A stretch of 56,871 bases of DNA. Source: Thermoanaerobaculia bacterium. GTDB lineage: Bacteria > Acidobacteriota > Thermoanaerobaculia > Multivoradales > UBA5704. The stretch's first letter is position 1. The number at the start of each line of letters is the position of its first letter. The notes beneath the pieces are model-generated. The model made no database searches and was not told where the DNA came from. It saw nothing but the letters and a program-made list of their open reading frames with translations. The stretch lies in assembly GCA_035607435.1 (NCBI GenBank), contig DATMZU010000290.1, forward strand, positions 1 through 56,871, in the 5' to 3' direction. Shown in pieces: positions 38,880-46,021 of this stretch. The translations under genes were made by a program, and so were the position numbers.

Positions 38880-40489
38880 GCTCCCGGCGCCTCTCGGTCC
38901 TCGCGGCCCTGCTCGTCACGCTCGCTTCGGGTTTCAGCCTCGCCCGGCTCGCCGCCGCGGCCGGGGAGCCGCCCCCGCTCTCTCCCGAGGAGGCGCGCGG
39001 CAAGCGGCTGTTCCTGGTCGGCGAGAGCGGCTCGGGCGGCGAGATCTCCGCGGTGATGGGAGCCGGAGGGCCGGAGAGCGCCGTCCCCGGGGTCACCTTG
39101 CCCTGTGGCAGCTGCCATGGCCGCGACGGCCGGGGCCGGCCCGAAGGAGGCATCGCCCCCTCGAACATCACCTGGGAGTCGCTCACCAAGCCGTACGGCT
39201 CGGGCGCACTGCTCGGCCGCACCCATCCGCCCTACGACGAAAAGAGCGTCAAGCGCGCGGTCACGATGGGGCTCGATCCGGCGGGCAACGCGCTCAACCC
39301 GACCATGCCGCGCTACCGGATGAGCCAGGCCGACATCGCCGACCTGATCGCCTATCTCAAACGGGTAGGCAACGAGCCGGTCCCCGGCGTTTCGGCCGCC
39401 TCGGTGCGCCTCGGCGCCTGGCTCGCCCCGGGAGAGGCGGGAACCGTCACCAAAGCGCTGCTCGACGCCTCGGTCGCCGAAGTCAACAAGCGCGGCGGCC
39501 TCTACGGCCGCAAGTTGGAGCTGGCGGCCGAGACGCTCACCGGGAACGCCGCGGACCGCACCCGGATCGCCACGGCGTTTCTCGATCGCACCCCCGTGCT
39601 CGCGCTGGTCGCCCCGGAGCTGTCCGGCGCCCCGGGCTCGGACTTTGGGCTAGCCGCGTTGCTGGAGGAGCGCGAGGTTCCCGGCGTAGGGGCGATCAGC
39701 CTCTTCCCGCCGGACGACGCCGACCTCGACCGCCAGACGTTCTACCTGCTCGCTTCGCCCGCCGATCAGGCGCGCGCCCTGGTCGAGACGCTCGCCAAGG
39801 AGACCGTCCGGCCCACGTTCGCCCTGGTCGCCTCGGACGCCGCGGAGATCTCACCGCTCGCCGACGCCGTGGTCTCCGAGGCGGAACGCCGAACCTATGC
39901 CCCGGCGGAAAACCGGCGCTACTCGGCGGCCGCGGGTCCGAACGATCCGTGGGTCGAAGCCGCCGCCCGCGATCTCGCCGGGAAAAACGTCACCGCGATC
40001 GTCCACCTCGGTCCGGCGCGCGACGCCTCGGCGCTGCTGCTCGCGCTCGACCGGCTCGGCTCCCGGCCGCGGCTGCTGGCGCTCGGCGCTTTCGCGGATC
40101 GCGCCCTGCTCGACTTGCCCGTGGGTTTGGCCGCCGGGGTCCGCCTCGCGTTCCCGGTCCGCCCGATCGACCCGAAATCTCCCGAATCGGCCGAGTGGCG
40201 GGCGCTCGCCACGGCGCACAAGCTCACCTCCGGAGATCTGGGAACTCAAGGAGCGGCGCTCGCGGCGATCAAGCTGTTCGTCGCCGCGCTCGAAAAAATC
40301 GGCCGCGACCTCACCCGCGATCACCTGATCGCGACGCTCGAAACCTTCGAGCGCTACGACACCGGGGTCTCTCCGCCGCTCCGCTTCCGGCCCGGCAAGC
40401 GAATGGGCGCCCGCGGCGCCTATCTGGTGAAGCTCGACGTCGAGAAGAAAGACTTCGTCCCCGACGGGGACTGGATCGATTTGGATTGA
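38876..40489 (+). CDS. cytochrome c domain fused to a type-1 periplasmic binding protein (LivK-like) domain
   Basis: TTG start overlapping the upstream stop (TTGA). Signal peptide. Heme motif LPCGSCHGRDG with distal NPTMPRY. C-terminal ~400 aa PBP-like. Confidence 0.75.
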   Translation: MSSRRLSVLAALLVTLASGFSLARLAAAAGEPPPLSPEEARGKRLFLVGESGSGGEISAVMGAGGPESAVPGVTLPCGSCHGRDGRGRPEGGIAPSNITWESLTKPYGSGALLGRTHPPYDEKSVKRAVTMGLDPAGNALNPTMPRYRMSQADIADLIAYLKRVGNEPVPGVSAASVRLGAWLAPGEAGTVTKALLDASVAEVNKRGGLYGRKLELAAETLTGNAADRTRIATAFLDRTPVLALVAPELSGAPGSDFGLAALLEEREVPGVGAISLFPPDDADLDRQTFYLLASPADQARALVETLAKETVRPTFALVASDAAEISPLADAVVSEAERRTYAPAENRRYSAAAGPNDPWVEAAARDLAGKNVTAIVHLGPARDASALLLALDRLGSRPRLLALGAFADRALLDLPVGLAAGVRLAFPVRPIDPKSPESAEWRALATAHKLTSGDLGTQGAALAAIKLFVAALEKIGRDLTRDHLIATLETFERYDTGVSPPLRFRPGKRMGARGAYLVKLDVEKKDFVPDGDWIDLD

Positions 40490-40496
40490 GCGGGCG

Positions 40497-42431
40497 CTAC
40501 TCGTGGTCGTAGGGGCGGAGCTTGCCTCCGCCCGAAGGTTGGCGTGGATCGCGGGCGGAGGCAAGCTCCGCCCCTACGCCGTTGGTTTGTAGCGGCCGGT
40601 CGAGGATCTCGCGCACTTTGGCGGTCAGGCGTGCGGCGGCGAACGGCTTTTCCAGAAAATCCAGCTCGCCCGTGAGCAGGCCATGGCGGAAGATCACGTT
40701 GTCGGTATAGCCCGAGATGAATAGCACCGGCAGATCCGCCCGTCGCTCGCGAATGCGATCGAGCACGTCTTTGCCCGACAGACCGGGCATCACGACGTCG
40801 GAAACGACCAGATCGGCCTCCGTGCCCCGGTCGATCGCTTCGAGCGCCGCCTCGCCGCTTTCGACCGAAGTGACCTTGTAGCCGTAGGCGGTCAGAATGC
40901 CGCCGGTCGCCTCGCGCAGCTCGCCGTTGTCCTCGACCAGCAGGATCTTTTCGCCGCCACCCGGACCGCGGACCGGACGCTGCGCGACCGCCGCCGCCCG
41001 GCGGGCCTCCGCATCGTGGGTGCGCGGCAGATAGACCTTGAACGTCGTGCCCCGGCCGACTTCGCTGTAGACCGAGATGTGCCCTCCCGCCTGCTTGACG
41101 ATGCCATAGGCCGTGGCGAGCCCGAGCCCATTGCCGATTCCCGTTTTGGTGGTGAAGAACGGCTCGAAGATCCGGTCTTTGAGCTCCACTGGAATCCCGG
41201 TTCCGGTGTCGGACACCGCGAGCTGCACGTACTCGCCCGGCGCCACCACCGCCGGCCCGTCGAAAAGACCCTTCTCCAACTTCAAATTCGCGGTCTCGAT
41301 CATGATCCGGCCGCCGCGCGGGCTGGCCTCGCGGGCGTTGACGACCAGGTTCAGGACGATCTGCTCGACCTGGGACGGATCGATCTTGACCGGCCAGGTT
41401 TCGGGGTCGAGCACGGTCGAAAGCTGGATGTCCTCGCCGATCAAGCCGCGCATCATCGATTCCAGGCCCACCACGATGGCGTCGAGCCGCACGACCTGCG
41501 GCTGGACCGGCTGGCGGCGGCTGAAGGCGAGCAGGCGCCGGATCAGGGCCGAAATCTTCTGCGCCGTGCCGATCACCACCTCCATCCGGTGGGCGAGCGG
41601 GCTCTCCGCCGCGGCGTCGAGCTGGACCAGCTCGCACTGGCTGGTGATCGCGGTGACGAAGTTGTTGATGTCGTGGGCGAGGCCCCCCGCGAGCCGGCCC
41701 ACCGCCTCCATCTTCTGCGCCTGCAGCAGTTGGTCTTCGCTCTTCTTGAGCGATTCCTCCGCCGCCAGGCGCCGCACCTCGCGCCGCCAAAGGCCGACCG
41801 CCGAGACGGTCACCGTGGCGAGCCAGATCAGGAGAAAACCAACGAAGACGCCGCGGGTCCGCACGTCGTCCGAGAGGATTCGCGCTTCGAGCTCCCGTTC
41901 GATAGCCGCCGCCTTCGCGGTCGCCTGCTCGAAAAGGAGGTCGTACTGCGCGTCGATCTTCGTGCCCACCCCCGTCGGCAGGCCCCGATCGAGACCGGTC
42001 AGGCGCTCCCGCGCGAGCGCCCGAAGGCCGTCGATGTCGTTCAGCAGGTTTTGGACCCGCTGGCGTAGCGCCCCCTGCTCGATCGGCTTCAGCTCGGTCC
42101 CCTCCCCGGGCAACCGGCCGCCATCGAGCAAATGAACCCCAAGGTCGTGCGCCTGGTCGAGCCGGTCCCAGATCTGCCGCCGGTCGAGCTTGTCCCCGGT
42201 CAAAACCTCTTCGAGCCAAAGATGAGAGGTCGAGAGCGCCAGGCTGATGTCCCGCGTGGCCCGGATCAGAGCCCGGTCGCGCAGCTTCAGCCGCTCGGAC
42301 ACCGTGTAGGTGGTGCCCCAAAGGAACGAAGAGACGACGCCCAAAACAAGGATCAAGATCGGCAGGCGCAGGCCGGGTCTCGATCGCGGCGGCGCAGGAG
42401 CCTCCAGGCGGGGGAGATCCGAAACCGGCAT
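40497..42431 (-). CDS. hybrid sensor histidine kinase (TM sensor, HisKA, HATPase_c, C-terminal REC)
   Basis: Start at MPVSDL (ATG 42431, 1-nt overlap with the regulator stop). H-box LAGGLAHDINNFVTAI. N/G boxes (LVVNAREA, DTGTGI, GLGLA). Receiver LLVEDN...DLVVSDVVMPG. Confidence 0.88.
   Translation of the reverse strand: MPVSDLPRLEAPAPPRSRPGLRLPILILVLGVVSSFLWGTTYTVSERLKLRDRALIRATRDISLALSTSHLWLEEVLTGDKLDRRQIWDRLDQAHDLGVHLLDGGRLPGEGTELKPIEQGALRQRVQNLLNDIDGLRALARERLTGLDRGLPTGVGTKIDAQYDLLFEQATAKAAAIERELEARILSDDVRTRGVFVGFLLIWLATVTVSAVGLWRREVRRLAAEESLKKSEDQLLQAQKMEAVGRLAGGLAHDINNFVTAITSQCELVQLDAAAESPLAHRMEVVIGTAQKISALIRRLLAFSRRQPVQPQVVRLDAIVVGLESMMRGLIGEDIQLSTVLDPETWPVKIDPSQVEQIVLNLVVNAREASPRGGRIMIETANLKLEKGLFDGPAVVAPGEYVQLAVSDTGTGIPVELKDRIFEPFFTTKTGIGNGLGLATAYGIVKQAGGHISVYSEVGRGTTFKVYLPRTHDAEARRAAAVAQRPVRGPGGGEKILLVEDNGELREATGGILTAYGYKVTSVESGEAALEAIDRGTEADLVVSDVVMPGLSGKDVLDRIRERRADLPVLFISGYTDNVIFRHGLLTGELDFLEKPFAAARLTAKVREILDRPLQTNGVGAELASARDPRQPSGGGKLRPYDHE
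40509..40577. repeat. perfect 26-bp inverted repeat with 17-nt loop (REP-like; possible bidirectional terminator)
   Basis: GTAGGGGCGGAGCTTGCCTCCGCCCG (40509-40534) and its exact reverse complement (40552-40577), between convergent genes. It overlaps the last ~27 codons of the kinase ORF. Confidence 0.9.
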
Positions 42432-43129
42432 CAGCCCTCCCCCTGCGGCGGCACTCCGCGCGCTCCGCGCAGGACGTAGCCGACGCCCTTGACCGTCTGC
42501 AACAGCCGATCCGGCCGGTCGCCGTCGATCTTTTTCCGCAGGCGGTGGATGGTGACATCGACCACGTTGGCGAACGAGTCGAACGAGTCGTCCCACACGT
42601 GCTCGGAGATCTCGGTGCGAGTGACCACCTGGTCGCGCCGGGTAAGCAGAAATTCGAGCAGCGCGAACTCCTTGGGCGACAATTCAAGCGCCCGGCCGCC
42701 GACCGTCACCCGCCGAGCCGCCCGGTCCATCGCCAAGTCCGCCGCCGAAAGCTCGCTCTGAAGCGTCCGAGTCCGCCGCCGCAACAGGCTCCTCACCCGG
42801 GCCAGGAACTCCGCCAGCGAGAACGGCTTCGCCAGAAAATCGTCCGCCCCGGTGTCCAACCCGTCCACCCGATCGTCCACCCCGCTCCGAGCCGTGAGCA
42901 TCAAAACGGGGGTCTGGTCCCCCGCCCCCCGCCATCGGCGCAAAAGCTCAATCCCGTTCGGAGCCGGAATCGTCCAATCCAAAACGATCAAGTCATAGCT
43001 GTTGATCGAGGCCAGCTCCTCCGCCGTCACCCCATCCTCGGCCACGTCCACGGCATAGAACTCACGCCGCAACAACTCGGCAAGCGCCGAGGAAAGCGCA
43101 CTTTCGTCCTCGACGACCAGAATCCTCAT
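42431..43129 (-). CDS. OmpR-family response regulator (REC + winged helix)
   Basis: MRILVVEDE...DLIVLDWTIP...LTARS...KPFSLAEFLARVRSLLRR and C-terminal LSPKEFALLEFLL...VDVTIHRLRKKI. Confidence 0.92.
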   Translation of the reverse strand: MRILVVEDESALSSALAELLRREFYAVDVAEDGVTAEELASINSYDLIVLDWTIPAPNGIELLRRWRGAGDQTPVLMLTARSGVDDRVDGLDTGADDFLAKPFSLAEFLARVRSLLRRRTRTLQSELSAADLAMDRAARRVTVGGRALELSPKEFALLEFLLTRRDQVVTRTEISEHVWDDSFDSFANVVDVTIHRLRKKIDGDRPDRLLQTVKGVGYVLRGARGVPPQGEG

Positions 43130-43359
43130 CCCAAGGAGTCCCTCTCTGTGTTCCTCTTGGTCCTGTGTCGAGACTATACGAAGAAGAACGTGCCCGCCCG
43201 AAAGGCGAGAGGGACAGGGGAAGCGCCGCCCGGATCGAAAAGGGGCCGCCTTCGTCGCAGGCTGATCCGGCTAGCGCAGCATGTCGCGGCGCTCGGCAGG
43301 GGCCGATGTGCCGTTCTGACGACTGCCGCGGGGCCCGCGACCGAAGGCCCAAGCCTCGC

Positions 43360-43950
43360 GTGGCTTCGCGCGAAGCCACGCGGAGTTTTGCGCGAAACCA
43401 CGCAGATTGGGCCACCAAACCACGCAAAACGGGGTGAAGCCACGCAAAGCACCGCGAAGCCACAATCGGAGCGCGCGAAGCCACTGAGAAATTCGCTGAA
43501 GCCACCGAGAAAACCCCTGAAGCCACACAAACGGTCGCCCAAGTAACGCAACAGGTCGCCGAAGCAACGCAGGAAGCGCCTCAACTCACCCAGCAAACCG
43601 GTCAAATGACCCCTCCGAACGCTGAAGCCACCGAGAAAATCACCCGAGCGGCCCGATCATCTGGTCGAACCACCTAGAAATTGGGTGACTTGTGTGGCTT
43701 CAGGGGTTTTCTGTGTGGTTTCAGCGAATATCTCAGTGGCTTCAGTGAATTTCTCAGTGGCTTCAGCGAATTTCTCAGTGGCTTCAGTGAATTTCTCAGT
43801 GGCTTCAGCGAATTTCTCGGTGGCTTCACCGCTCTGGCCGGTGGCTTCAAGGGTCGCCTCTGCGGCTTCAGGGATCGCCCCGATGACTTTACCGTTCGGC
43901 CGGGTGGCTTCGGCGATCATCTCGGGCGCCTCGGCGAATCTCTGAGCGGC
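43360..43950. repeat. bipolar array of about 27 units of a 21-bp repeat: GAAGCCAC-type units on the left, GTGGCTTC-type units on the right
   Basis: GAAGCCAC at 43372, 43436, 43456, 43477, 43498, 43519 and 43624, plus degenerate copies. GTGGCTTC at 43694, 43736, 43757, 43778, 43799, 43820, 43841 and 43904, plus variants at 43715 and 43862. The left edge is a perfect 20-bp palindrome, GTGGCTTCGCGCGAAGCCAC (43360-43379). Confidence 0.9.
43657..43920 (-). CDS. heptad-repeat protein (EATEKFA/T repeats), 87 aa; coding status uncertain
   Basis: ORF co-directional with, and 64 nt downstream of, the 43985-45151 gene. Hydrophilic 7-aa repeats. Other frames of the same repeats are also open and third-position GC is not decisive. 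Confidence 0.45.
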   Translation of the reverse strand: MIAEATRPNGKVIGAIPEAAEATLEATGQSGEATEKFAEATEKFTEATEKFAEATEKFTEATEIFAETTQKTPEATQVTQFLGGSTR

Positions 43951-43984
43951 GTAATGCCTCGGCTCCGTGCCCCCCGCGGGGCGG

Positions 43985-45151
43985 CTACTTCGATGGCAAT
44001 TCGATGCCGTTGCGCGTCACGCCTTGAACACTCTTCCACTTCGCGGCCGAGAGGGCCTCGTACGGGATCTCCCAGATTCCTCCATTGCCCAGACGGGCGC
44101 CGAGGATGAGGGCGTGACGCCCGGCGGCGAAACTGATGCGGCCAACCCCCAAGTCGCAACCGACCAGCACGAGACGCTCGTAGGTTGGCAGCGAGGGGAG
44201 GTAACGGTCGAGCACCATACCTTCGTCGGCTTCGCCCAACAGGTAGACGTAGCCGTCGCGGCCGAGCGCCAGGGCTCGATGGGTGGCGCGGGGCACTGTG
44301 CTCGAGATTGCGCCCGCCGCTTTGGCACCGGACTGCTGAAATTGGGTTCCGAGCTTCGCTTCGATCCTTTGGATTTCCTCCTGATTTCGTTCGGCCCATC
44401 GGATCTTCCCATCGCCGACTACGATCTCATCTTCGAGTCGGCCGAGCGCAGAAAAGTGCCGGACGCGTGAAGTGTAGGCGTTCGCGACCCAGAGCTGGCC
44501 TTCGGGAGTGAAGGCTAGAAGCATCGAAGAAGCGGCCAGGTCGAGGTGATGCCAGGAGACACCGGGCCGGGCCTTCTCGTCGTGATATTCACCCTGGATC
44601 GTGGTCTCCCAAGCCTTGCCGTCCCAACGCCGAACGAGAGGAGGGTGATCGAGGGTTGGCCCTTCCGGGCTCGGGGTGTCAAATTCGGTCGAAGTCACAG
44701 CAACCGTAGGCTCGGAGGAACCCGAGGCAAGGTCGGTCACCTCCCAATGGCTCACCAGCGATCGGGTTCTCTTGCCCCCTTCGAAGACCTCGATCGTGGT
44801 CGTGGGCACGAAGAGGTACCAGGCATCGCCACTTCGGCTGAGAGTCGCCAACTGGACCTGCATGGAATCCGCCGAGATACCCGCCGTGGCCCCCGCGAGC
44901 TTTCCCAAAGAACGCAGACTGACACCTTCGAGGGCAAAGACTTCCAAAGTAGGGCTGCCGCGAAGCACGAAGATTCGCCCTTGGAGATCGGCTTGAATGA
45001 ACTGGACCTCCCCCCAGCTCTTGGAGCTCAAGTCGAGCGGAATCGGCGTGATTGCCGAGAAGGTCGGCGCGTCGGATGAAACGCCTCTCGCGGTGCCTGC
45101 CGCGACGAAGCCGACCAAAAGTAGCAGGCCAAACAGACGGCTGAGGATCAT
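43985..45151 (-). CDS. secreted hypothetical protein (388 aa)
   Basis: Start at MILSRLFGLLLLVGFVAAGTARG (signal-peptide-like), 13 nt after the stop of the Cys-rich peptide gene. No family recognised; beta-rich appearance. Confidence 0.7.
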   Translation of the reverse strand: MILSRLFGLLLLVGFVAAGTARGVSSDAPTFSAITPIPLDLSSKSWGEVQFIQADLQGRIFVLRGSPTLEVFALEGVSLRSLGKLAGATAGISADSMQVQLATLSRSGDAWYLFVPTTTIEVFEGGKRTRSLVSHWEVTDLASGSSEPTVAVTSTEFDTPSPEGPTLDHPPLVRRWDGKAWETTIQGEYHDEKARPGVSWHHLDLAASSMLLAFTPEGQLWVANAYTSRVRHFSALGRLEDEIVVGDGKIRWAERNQEEIQRIEAKLGTQFQQSGAKAAGAISSTVPRATHRALALGRDGYVYLLGEADEGMVLDRYLPSLPTYERLVLVGCDLGVGRISFAAGRHALILGARLGNGGIWEIPYEALSAAKWKSVQGVTRNGIELPSK

Positions 45152-45164
45152 ACGGATCGACAGA

Positions 45165-45449
45165 TCAGACCTGCCGCGGATAGCACATACCCTCGCAGAA
45201 CTCTGCGTCGAGGAAGGGATCGCCAGCACCGCCAATGCAGGTGATGCACTGGCCGCTGCAACATTCGTAGCGGTCGCAGTAGTGGTAGTTACTATGTGTG
45301 CAAACGGCATCGGTCGCACCACCTTCTCCCGAAGACGCTGTGGCGAAGAGCTGGCGGACATCGAAATTCGAGGCATCGTTGGCCAAGGCCGGACTCGAAG
45401 CCAGAGCAACACCAAGGAATAGGGCCAAAACCGAAGGCGTAAGCTTCAT
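45165..45449 (-). CDS. small secreted cysteine-rich peptide (94-aa precursor, 8 Cys within the last 46 residues)
   Basis: ATG 45449 preceded by AGGAGG. Signal peptide MKLTPSVLALFLGVALASSPALA. Cys pattern C-x8-C-x5-CC-x3-C-x2-C-x13-C-x3-C. Confidence 0.7.
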   Translation of the reverse strand: MKLTPSVLALFLGVALASSPALANDASNFDVRQLFATASSGEGGATDAVCTHSNYHYCDRYECCSGQCITCIGGAGDPFLDAEFCEGMCYPRQV

Positions 45450-45494
45450 GATGCCTCCTTGAACTAGGAATGGTGGCGAAATCTTTGAACTTGA

Positions 45495-45523
45495 AACTAT
45501 TAGGTAGCACACGGTGTCGTCAA
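45495..45523 (-). promoter_or_regulatory. possible sigma-70-type promoter for the Cys-rich peptide operon
   Basis: On the minus strand, TTGACG (plus 45518-45523) followed after 15-17 nt by TAATAG/ATAGTT (plus 45495-45502), in an AT-richer 137-nt gap. Confidence 0.3.
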
Positions 45524-45586
45524 GTGCTGAGATCAGAATGCCACATTCGACGACGTAGACAGTTCGTCTATTAAAGTGGCGGCGAT

Positions 45587-46006
45587 CTATAACCCCTCTA
45601 AGGGCGCCACCCCCACCCCAAACAACTCCTTCACCCCCGGCCGCAGCAGGACGATCAGCGTGAACACGCCGAGCACGGTTCCGAAGGGCATGAACGCGCA
45701 GGAGATCGCCGCCATGACCAGGCAGAAGGTGTAGCGGCGGTGCCGGGCGAGGGAGCGGCCGGCGAGGACGAGGAGGGCGACCAGGGTCCAGCCGAGGAGG
45801 AGGAAGACGCTCGCGAGGGCGACGAGAACGCCTCCGACCAGGCGGCCGCCATCGTCGGGTCCCTGGGTGCCTTCGATTTTTCCGGAGAGGAACGCGAGGC
45901 CTATGGCGAGGTGGACCAGCGGCAGGCAGGCGAACATCGCGGCGAAGCCGGCGACGACGTAGTGAAAGATGGACAGCAGGCGGAGGTGCTCTCGGTCGTG
46001 GTTCAT
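45587..46006 (-). CDS. small integral membrane protein (139 aa)
   Basis: Several hydrophobic helices (YVVAGFAAMFACLPLVHLAIGLAFL, GGVLVALASVFLLLGWTLVALLVLA, FCLVMAAISCAFMPFGTVLGVFTLIVLL). 15 nt after the GH8 stop. Confidence 0.65.
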   Translation of the reverse strand: MNHDREHLRLLSIFHYVVAGFAAMFACLPLVHLAIGLAFLSGKIEGTQGPDDGGRLVGGVLVALASVFLLLGWTLVALLVLAGRSLARHRRYTFCLVMAAISCAFMPFGTVLGVFTLIVLLRPGVKELFGVGVAPLEGL

Positions 46007-46021
46007 GATCCCGGTGCCTCT

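Noticed and set aside
40420-42687. 755-aa minus-strand ORF in an alternative frame of the histidine kinase/regulator region
   Set aside because: Arg/Pro/Gly-rich. It crosses the boundary between two well-supported genes in another frame.
43174-44109. Divergent ORFs 43174-43605 (-) and 43681-44109 (+) encoding GF-rich heptads (GFSEFLS)
   Set aside because: Not called as genes. They are the antisense reading of the same repeats. The plus one runs 125 nt into the convergent 43985-45151 gene, and the Cys/Gly/Phe-rich composition looks unnatural. Their third-position GC is not lower than that of the EAT frame, so they are not formally excluded.
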